NCBI GenBank assembly: GCA_028023455.1
Contig: JAQFVV010000007.1
Coordinates: forward strand, 14,570,001 to 14,634,000
DNA length: 64,000 nt
Reading direction: 5' to 3'
Origin: Epiperipatus broadwayi
Taxonomy: Eukaryota > Animalia > Onychophora
The translations under genes and the position numbers were made by a program. Positions within the stretch are counted from its first letter, which is position 1; the number at the start of each line of letters is the position of its first letter. Positions 54,481 through 64,000 of the stretch are shown one piece after another. The notes beneath the pieces were generated by a model. That model was not told where the DNA came from and did no database searches. It saw only the letters and a program-made list of their open reading frames with translations.

Positions 54481-55730
54481 GCCGACTCTGGTGCCTGGCA
54501 ATTGCCAATTTTCAGAGTTCGAAGCAGCCATCTTCCTTGTCTCAGATGATTTCTCGTGGATATGTTACTTTCATCAGGATCTTCGAAATAGTGCTGTGCC
54601 ACACTCTACAATCCAATTTGTGAGGGTTACACAGTCCTGATGGAACAGTGATAACACTGTTAAAACTAAGTCAGTTCACATGAAAAAAAAAGTTGGATCT
54701 GAAAAGTTCAATTATTTAGACACGATGCAGTCAACACACCCCCACATAATATTGTAGTGAAAATAGACAACCCGGCATTAAGATAAAATGCGTAACACAA
54801 TGAAGGCATTTTTTTGTGCTTTTAGCATATAAAAAAGAAGCTACAACAGTAGCCAGCAGCTGAGTAAATGGACTTTTTCTGTGTTTTATCATAGAAAGAA
54901 GGCTATCTGCTTGGCTGCAGCTGCAGAAATAGCATATTTCTAAAACTTTAGCTAGAAATAGTGCCATCAAGTGGCTGATATGATAGAACATAACATTACC
55001 ACTATTAAGAGAGAAAGTATTATCAGTTGATAGTCTTAACCTTATCTTATATAACAGTATTCTGGAGCATTAACTTTGTCTTTTTCCAGTCTAAGGATTA
55101 TAAAAATTAGTATGATCTTTTCCAATAAAACTTAACTCTAATAAAATCTTACTCTATTAATATTTAACTTTCTTTCAGCAATATAATATCTCTTCTTATA
55201 TAGAATCTATTAAGCATACTAAGATCTTGAACACTTTATTTTCTGTTAATTAAACTATGATCATGATTCACTTCATCTTTATTTGAATACTTCTATTTTC
55301 ACTTCTATTATTTCTGGAATTTTCAAATTTCAACCATCTTTCAGTTCTAGCATTAAAATATCATATGAAAATATTATAATGTAATTTAAACTGGTCAAAG
55401 ATATTCCATTTATATCAATAAAATTGTTATCAAATTAACAGATGCTATGACATTTAATGTCAACTTTTTACAAACTGCTTAAAAGCACATTTATTAATGT
55501 GATTATAGGGTCTACCCATCTCATTGCTAGCTATTTTAAACAACCAATCTTTCCAAGCATTATAGCAGAGAATCTATAATGGATACCCCAGACATACTTG
55601 CATTATTAAAGCATTTTAGTACATTGAACCTCTGATTACAAAAATTAAAAGGGGATTCTTTTGTAAAATAATTTTAAACCACTAAGCATCACATGATCAC
55701 CTTTCTTAATGTGTAAACAAGCTATTAACA

Positions 55731-55960
55731 TAGAGCCCAAACTCTTCATACAATAGCACCACTCAGTTCAAGCCCAAGTAATCAATGGATGCAGGAAAGT
55801 TTGTGCATAAATTCTCTATATATTGCCTACTCATCCAATATCCCAGACTAGTTTCTAGCTTATAGCTTTCATCAGTGAAAAACATTGAATCTGTGAGCAC
55901 TGCACCTACATCTTAGAATCTAATGCAATCCTCCAGCTGTCACCTTTTACCTTATTAGCC
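55731..55960 (-). mobile_element. Family C repeat copy with intact hammerhead core
   Basis: Aligns to the 32023 and 12110 copies. Confidence 0.7.
55842..55879 (-). ncRNA. Minimal type-I hammerhead ribozyme motif (family C)
   Basis: UUCA CUGAUGA A AGCU-AUA-AGCU A GAAA CUAG UC^ UGGG. Helix III is the palindrome ACUAGU, the triplet is GUC, and helix I is weak (two G.U pairs). Confidence 0.65.
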
Positions 55961-56414
55961 TTGTAAGCATAAAGAATGGTGATAATATGATGTTTATTGG
56001 TTTTATACCAATTCTAACCAATTTTCTCTCTCAGTAATTAGATTATTTTTTTAAATAATTGCTATATCATGTCTAGTAGTATAATTGCATACCAGTGGGA
56101 AAGGTGAGTGGTTGTTTCTTCAAACTGCTTAATGTGCCATCTCTGAATCAATGCATATTTTATATAGTAATATAGTTTATCTATTTACTGCAAGAAGTTT
56201 TTGACACTGGCATGTTTGGATTATGAGTTACAACATCAAAAATACTAATGGCCATATTGCTTAGTAGTTCATAAAAAATTTAATTGCCAGAACTGTGCAT
56301 ACAAGAATAGATCCTGGGATCTGTTGATCCAAATTGTACAATCTACCAACTGCATTAAACCAAACAGGGTAATAAAAATGCTAATGGCTTTATTGCTCAT
56401 GAGTTTGTAAAAAC

Positions 56415-56492
56415 ATTTGAGTATCAGAATTAATCACGTGACCTCCTGATCCCAAGTCAGATGCTCTATCAAATACATCAAACCATGCAGGA
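56415..56492 (-). pseudogene. tRNA-derived element (tRNA-like anticodon arm TCTGA-CTTGGGA-TCAGG)
   Basis: Minus strand reads CCTGCATGGTTTGATGTATTTGATAGAGCATCTGACTTGGGATCAGGAGGTC. T-arm and acceptor stem are broken. Confidence 0.55.
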
Positions 56493-59093
56493 TAGTTGCA
56501 ACATAAAATGCTGCAATGTGCTTTAAACCTTTGTAAATTATCTTTAATATATATGCCATCATGAAGTCTTGCAAACTATGTGAACTTAACATAGTGATTC
56601 TTTGTTTTACTGTCATATATACTTTGAATCATTTCAAACATTTCAGTAGAGATTTTGCCTAATTTAAACAAAATGTAATAATAGGGTGTTGGTCCATAGG
56701 TATGAAATATACTGCTACATTTCATGTCAAAACGTGATCCAAATATGCTAAATTTTTGTGGAACATAACTAAATTATATTGCTATATAACATGTGATCAG
56801 AAAAAACATTGCAGAAAGCTTGGAATGAAAACTAACTGCTTGTCACCTTCCACTTGCACACACTGTGAAACTATGATGATATTTCTATTTTTTCCTTTTT
56901 TTAGACCTTACTGTAACACCTTATTCTTTTTATTTCAAATGTCTATGTAGTTTTTAACATCTGAACTAGAACCAAGTTTCAAGATACTACTGGTCTTTTT
57001 ACAATAACAACTAATGGTTCAAGTGCAAAGGGAATGATTTTTTATCCTCAATGACTATTTTTTTCTTTACATTAATTTATAAATGTATGATTTTATTAAA
57101 GTGGAAGTCAAACCTCCGATAATGCGCTATTTTTTAAATATTATAAATCTCCACGCACTCACCCACCAGTAGTGAATCACTTAAGTTTAGAGCATGTTTG
57201 TATGTACACCAACTCTCACTGATCATGCTTAAATCAGGGCTTGTGCCTATTGTGTGCCTGATGTTATAATCAAATATTGAATTATACAAATTTAGTTAAC
57301 CTATCACAGGAGAAAGACAGTGTCTCATTTTTACCACCTACAATTAGACTTATATGACTTGTAATAGATTTTAATGCATGATTTGCATATTTTACACTTA
57401 AAGCAGGTTTGTGGATTTAGATAAAACAAATTAATCCAAAATTGATCAGTTACTACACAAAAAATTACTAGAGACCACAGTAAGAGAGAAAATGAACTGG
57501 TGCTAAACCTTATTATCATTGATAAGTTGTGACAACTTGTAAGAAATTAATAATATTTATTCTACTATTTCTTATATAATGCTACAATATACAACATTTG
57601 TTAACCAAGCATTAGTAATCTTGAACCTTAAACGGTTTAGTTCTGTGAGGAATGAGAGACATGACGGCCAAAATGTTTTGGATTAAAAGTCGATCTATAA
57701 CTTCTGATTTCCAAATATTTAAATAATCTCCCAAGAAACTAATCATATGTTAACATTTACTTAGTCATCTTGAATTATCTTATTATCTAAATCACCCATC
57801 GACTTTTATTGCATTACTTAGTGCAATGAAGAATTAACTGGCTACTAAAAGTATTATTTTTCTGTAATTTACTCAAACCTGACTAATCTTTAAAAAAATA
57901 AAATTAAATTATTTTAAAAAGCTAAAAAAAAATGTTTATTTAAGAATGATTTTAATTATTAATCAATTTTAAATTAAAATACAAGTTATTTTATTTCATC
58001 ACAAAAAAAAATAACATTTATATATTAAAGTATATTTTCTCTAAGTAATGATGTAATACAATATTTCAATGTTTTTCTAAAACACTTATTTGGATGTCAT
58101 GAAATTAATAAGTTTGTGATTGATCTTTGTACTTTAGCTTCACGGAAAATGACGGTCAGAACTAAATCTTCCTAGGTCAAAGTTCACCCTGCTACTTACT
58201 GGCATTTCCTTTTTCTATTACCCCCCGCCCATGCCCTTTAGCACAGCAAATCAATTTAAAATTTTAAATGTAAACTAATTAAAAATTAAAATTTATTTTT
58301 GAGTAATCATTTCAAGTTTTACTTAGCATAAATTTGAACCTCAGATAGCAAGCATGAAGGCATGTAAGCTATATCCTATCCATGAAATGTATATAGTTAG
58401 TAATATTATTAGCTGGGATGTTTCATGGAGATTTTAATTTTATTTTCTGGTTGATCCTTGACTCCCAATTAACTTTTACTCCAGTAGAAATTAATCTAAG
58501 AATAAAATATTTGGAAACAATGACAACCCAGTGAAATTTTTAAGCAAAGGTGCTTTGTTACTGTATCGGCCACTAAAAATATTTTGCAACCACACAGCCA
58601 TTTTATTTTTTCATATCAACCATTGTTAAAACATCTAATGTATTTCTTGTTTTATTATCTGCTATTTGATATTAATAATATTTATGTTCTTTATTACTTT
58701 GTACAATGCTTTTTACAATCCACTATTGATTGTTATAATCATTATTTATTTACCCACATATATCTTTATATATTTCTCTCTATATAATTATTTTTTATAT
58801 ATTATACATTTCAATCTTTTTATATTCTATATTTATCAATCAATACTTCCTATAATCATATTTATTTATTTATTTCATTTATTCTTATTTTATTCTTATT
58901 ATTTTTTTTAATATTTAACTCTAACATTATATATTCATATTTTTACATTTTACATCACTATTATTATTCATTATATTAACATTCAATATGTATAATTTTT
59001 CTTAATGTATAAAATATTTTTATCATATTTCTGATACCTTCAAATATTATATTTTCAAATATTAACTGCTATCAATCCAAAATTTTTAATTTT

Positions 59094-59138
59094 ACAGTTC
59101 TGAAGAAGACTGCTGGGACAATTGAAACCATCAATAGT
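59094..59138 (+). mobile_element. Solo degenerate family-B hammerhead segment
   Basis: ACAGTT CTGAAGA AGACTG CTGGGA CAATT GAAAC CATC AATAGT. Confidence 0.6.
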
Positions 59139-60359
59139 GGGCTGTAAAAAGCATTGTAAAAAGTAATAAAGATCATAAATGAAAAAATAAAGTTATAACT
59201 GCTATTTGATAAGTAATATCTGGAGTAGATGGCTCTTTACTTTTTATTTCAATTGGTTCATATAATGTCAATTGGGAAAATATATTATTTTTGTATATTC
59301 GACACTAACACTCATCTGATAAATATTTAAAATAATATTTCTTTTATTATTTTATATTTTTCTGTAATAAATATTTATAATATTAATTTATAAATGTTAA
59401 TTACAAAAAGTAAACAATATTTTATTGCTTATTCTAAATGAAAACAATTAAAATGTATTCACTCTGAAGAGAAACCAGAATAGATAAACACATCACTCTT
59501 AAATAATTACTGATACTGCATCAAGAAGCAACTCCAGTGGTGGTATTTTTCCCACCGATAGGAACAAAAAAATCTCTGTGGAACTTGTTAAAATTCACTG
59601 AATATGACATTTCTGACACTCCTATAATTGCAGCGTCTATGAATAGAACTACAAGCATTAGTTAAAGTAATTATTTTTCTAAATGATTTAATTAGTTGTA
59701 GTTACATAATAATTATGCAAAATATTGAATTAATGTTATAGTATTGATATTTTAAAGCATAAATTTAATAATTAAATTTGTATTTTTTTCCGGAGGAGCT
59801 GCATCATTGTAGGGCTTATGGGCCAGCTCCCACTGTTTAAAAATCAAAAGAAATTAAAAATATGTATAAATTTCTATTTATAAATTAAAATTACAAAAAT
59901 AAAATACTTTTATTATCAAAATTATTCTGAAAATAGCACTATGAATTGTGATTAGGTCATTTATTGCAATAGGATATTAGACAAACTCATTGATATATTT
60001 AATCAATGTTAAGACAAACTGAATATATTTATTCAATGTTGACAATAAACTCTTGATTGCATATTGATTGTTACAGCTTTATCTATGATCACACATTTGA
60101 AATTCTAGCATATAGATTTTTTGATGTCTAGTGCTAAAGATAAAGTAATAAATAATAAAGTGCCTTCTATCATTAAAAATAATCACTACTTCAAAATACT
60201 CAAATGCAATGAAACCAATATTTGTACAAAATCTCACACTTTCAAATTTAATTTTAAAAGCATCTGATAAATACTCAAATCCAGTACAATGAAAAATGGT
60301 AAATAATTGAATACAGGTAGGTATTTAAAAAAATAGACAGAAGACAACTTCAAAAAGCA

Positions 60360-60615
60360 ACTATCTCACCTGCAAAATCTAGATGACTTAAATAATCAAT
60401 TACTTTTACTCCCTTAGCTATTTTAATTCACAAAATAGTTCTTGAAAAACTGTTGTAAAAAGTTTTGAAGATATGGAGTCATCCTGTTGTACACCCTTCA
60501 CAATCAATGTTAATTTTTTTAGTATCTTTATGCTACCTAATTGCTGCTGTTGCATTTTTCCTGGATCTATATCTTGATGATCCAAGGCTTTAATGATTGA
60601 AGAAGTACTTATAGT
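60360..60615 (-). mobile_element. Old RTE RT fragment
   Basis: Minus-strand reading IIKALDHQDIDPG...GVQQDDSISSKLFTTVFQELF...HLDFA. Confidence 0.85.
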
Positions 60616-61964
60616 ATCACTTGTTAAATTTCCCTTCTTTATAAAAGAACTTACATAACAAATGTAAATAACCACTTCACACTTGCTGACTTTCTAAAAA
60701 AAAAATACAGTATAAAGTCATTTTCATTCCTTACACACTATATATATATATATATATTGTTAAAAGGTTGCCTTGACAACAATTTGAAATTGATTGTTAT
60801 TGATATTGGGATTGTTTAAGTGTTGATTGTATTTTAATGATATATATATATAAGTGTTGATTGTATTTTAATGATATATATATATATATACTACTTAGGT
60901 TCATGCAATATTACATTAATAGCACACAGTGAGATTTGAAAGTTTTAAAAATGACTATTTGTCTGCTTTCAATCACATTATAATTGCTTCTTTGATAGGC
61001 TTATTTAAGCTTCTAGTAATATAAAATCCTCAATCTGTGCCAGGTTTTTTCATCTATAGTAAGATCTTAAACCAGAGTGAAATGTGGATTCCATTTTTTA
61101 CTTACAAAAGTTGCCTTGGCAACAGATTGAAGATTCATGGCTTAGATAAGCTTAAGCTGTTACCATGCAATATATAGATGGGTGGATTTTATTACTGCAA
61201 CTTGATTAATAGTTATAAACATTCCTGTATTTGCATCATTAATAGCATCCATTTTAGATATAATAGTAATGATTACTATTAATCATTTATTAGAGTGTGT
61301 TTCAGGAAAGTGTGTCAGGATAAAAGTTTTAAATATTCAGTATGATTCGGTGCCATCTCTTAATCAATACTTGAATTACATAGCAATATAGTTTAGCTAT
61401 TTCTTATAAAACCTTTAAGGCACTTATGTATCTGTATCATCAGTTGTAACATATATTGTGACTGTGTTATATCTTAGCCCACAACAGAATAATGCACTAA
61501 CATTAAATTCTCTTAAAAGGGCAAAACTGCTACTAAAAGGGTTAAAATAATTCATTCTATGTATGACATTAAATCCATGATTTTCAAGAAAGTTTCAAGT
61601 TGTTTGCAAGATTTTGTGATGGCATGAGGAGCAATAAAGACGATCCACAAAGGTTAGAAACATGTCACAATTCATAGTGAACATGAAATACAAATAAGTT
61701 AGCACCTTAATATTTTATGGTATATAACTGAGATTTGGTGCTTAAGGTAACTTAAGATAGAATCAGTCATTGTTTCACTGAAACACACACTCTATACATG
61801 TGTGTGTCAAAAATTTATATTATCGAGGATTTGTTACTACCGGCAAATTTTAATATATGCAATGGCTTAGAATTAAATATCATGGATATGATAAAACTAT
61901 TAATATTACTAATTTCAACAGCATATAAATAACTTTTCTACTGCTTCAATATGTAAAATTTAGA

Positions 61965-62232
61965 ATTAAAATCATATCATAGAACGTTTTCATTTCAAAT
62001 ATGTTACTCTGAACTATTTTGCAGATGACTCATAATGAGTCAATAAACTTGAAAATAGAATTTTACTTTTTATTTATCAATGCTCATTCTTTTTTTGTCA
62101 CGTTGAATGAATGGGCATTGATAAATGAAAAATAAAATTGTATTTTCAAGTTTATTGATTCATTATGAGTCACCTGCAAAATAGTTCAGAGTAACATATT
62201 GGAGTGAGAGCATTCTGTGGTATGATTATTAA
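61965..62232. repeat. Foldback inverted repeat, ~125-bp arms
   Basis: AATATGTTACTCTGAACTATTTTGCAG...CAATGCTCATTC is mirrored by GAATGGGCATTG...CTGCAAAATAGTTCAGAGTAACATATT. Confidence 0.88.
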
Positions 62233-63133
62233 CTATTAATACATACAACATTTATAAAAAATTTACTACTGAATATGGGAAATCTAATCCATACTGAATT
62301 TTATACCAATTATGACTACCTTTTAATATAAAGTCAAATCATTATGTTTAGTTTATAAAAATTCTTATCTAATATAATGTCTGTTTAAAGATAACTATTG
62401 TTCAGCAACATTTTTTTTTTCATAAGTTCTATCAATAAGCACATCTATGTACTTTAAACATATTTCCTTTGCAGTTTATAACTTTTTTTCTGATACAATC
62501 CATAAGTAAATAATTACCTTTTAGAAACATAATATATCAAATAAATAAATGTCAGATTACCTGAGTAAAATCTTAATTCATTTAGAAGTCTGGAGTGAAA
62601 ATAAATACTTAACACTAACTCAGACAGCAAATGTTTTAATCTATTTTTTTTCCTTAAAAACAAGTGTGCCATTATTAAAAAGATGCCTTGCTGAATAATA
62701 CAATGAATATTTTCTTAACCTCAGCAATATCTAGTCTTTTATGGGTTTTTGAAAACTTAGGGTATCAAACATATCACTCTGTGTCATTTTGTGCTAATTT
62801 TGAAATGGACTTCTTGAAGTTAATAAACATCACACAACCCCCATTTTTTATGCTTGCACTGAGTGGAAATACATATAGAGAGTTCTTGAAGTTCTTATGA
62901 ATTTCCTCCTTTCTAATTAGTTAAACAAATTAGCAAATCTAAAATATTTATTTATTTTTTTGCAATTTCTAATAAATTATAACTCTTAAATATGCAACTT
63001 ATATTAAGAATATAAATAATATATGGTAAGTTCAAAAATATTTGTTGTTAGGCTTCAAATCCTTATAATAATATACCTCACTTATTTCCTATCAGCTAAA
63101 AAATATAATGTGCACATAAAGTATATTTTAAAG

Positions 63134-64000
63134 CAGGGATGCCCAACCCGTAGCTCGCGAGTCACATGTGGCTCGCGTAACTGTTTAATGTGGCTCGAAT
63201 TGCACTCTTCAAAAAAATTGATAAAATATTTTATGTTCCTTGATGGCACATGCACACACTAAAAAATAAACATTTTTACAATACAAACAATAACGATATG
63301 CAGTGTCAGGTTTCACATTAAATAAAATATATTTTTCCTGTAATTGTAATTTATATGTATGTTACCAAATTTTTAATAAATAAAATGTATTTACATTTTT
63401 TTTTCTTTTTAACATATTACACCATTTTTTTTTTTTGCTGTACACGTTTGGTTTGGTGCTATATATATATTGTGTTTAGTGCTCTTGTATATATTGTTGT
63501 TTTTATCGAGAAAGATCCTTGTAGACGTTTGGTTTGGTGCTGTATATATATTGTGTTTAGTGCTGGAAATAGTTTTTATCGAGATAGATCCATGTACACG
63601 TATATATTTTGCTGTATATATCGATGTTTAGTGCTGTAAAGAGTTGTTTTTATCCGTGTACACGTATATATTTTGCTGTATATATATATATTGATGTTTA
63701 GTGCTGTAAATAGTTGTTTTTATCGAGATAGATTCGTGTACACATATATATTGCTGTATATATTGATGTTTTCATCGAGAAAGATCCGTGTACACGTTAT
63801 TTTGGCCACATTAGAAATGGCGGATTGATACCAATGTGAATAAGCCATCCCCCCCCCCCCACCTATCTCCCTACATTGCAGGTTTAGTACACAAGTATCA
63901 TGTTTATAAATGTAATATGAAAAATGTAATATATAATTGTGGCTCCCCAAATTTTTTTAAATTCTCAACTGGCTCGCGTCAAGTTAAAGGTTGGGCACCA
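63134..64000. mobile_element. Non-autonomous hAT-type transposon (MITE); right TIR cut by the window edge
   Basis: Left end CAGGGATGCCCAACC, right end GGTTGGGCACCA. Repeated subterminal TGGCTCGCG motifs. The left 8-bp flank TTTTAAAG fits a hAT-like target; the right TSD is not visible. Confidence 0.75.
63430..63800. repeat. Irregular minisatellite inside the hAT element
   Basis: Recurring TGTACACGT, TGTTTAGTGCTG and GTTTTTATCGAGA blocks. Confidence 0.8.

Noticed and set aside
24020-59480. Other CTGANGA hits (about 14578, 15898, 24036, 25126, 26215, 26824, 38628, 54571, 59464)
   Set aside because: None has a pairable helix II followed by GAAA and a valid helix I/III, so they are treated as chance matches.

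Overview
Very AT-rich, repeat-dense eukaryotic DNA, probably an invertebrate animal (inferred from the repeat families present). I cannot support any host protein-coding exon. The only real intact ORF is the 995-aa APE-endonuclease/reverse-transcriptase ORF of a complete RTE-clade LINE (28206-31502, minus strand), flanked by a perfect 11-bp target-site duplication (TSD). Its first nucleotide is exactly the G+1 of a fully formed HDV-like (CPEB3-type) self-cleaving ribozyme. A second RTE copy (19466-21500, 12-bp TSD) has the 5'-inversion structure expected from twin priming. At least three unrelated small repeat families carry minimal type-I hammerhead ribozyme motifs of the Penelope/retrozyme type. 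Their insertions are palindromes with the inferred RNA 3' end at both outer edges. Also present: an array of about 12 tRNA-derived ~146-bp units with dispersed relatives, two tRNA-Gly pseudogenes, a Merlin transposase fossil, a CR1/Jockey-group LINE fossil, a hAT-type MITE, several foldback repeats and long microsatellites. All structures were folded and aligned by eye; no ribozyme activity has been tested.
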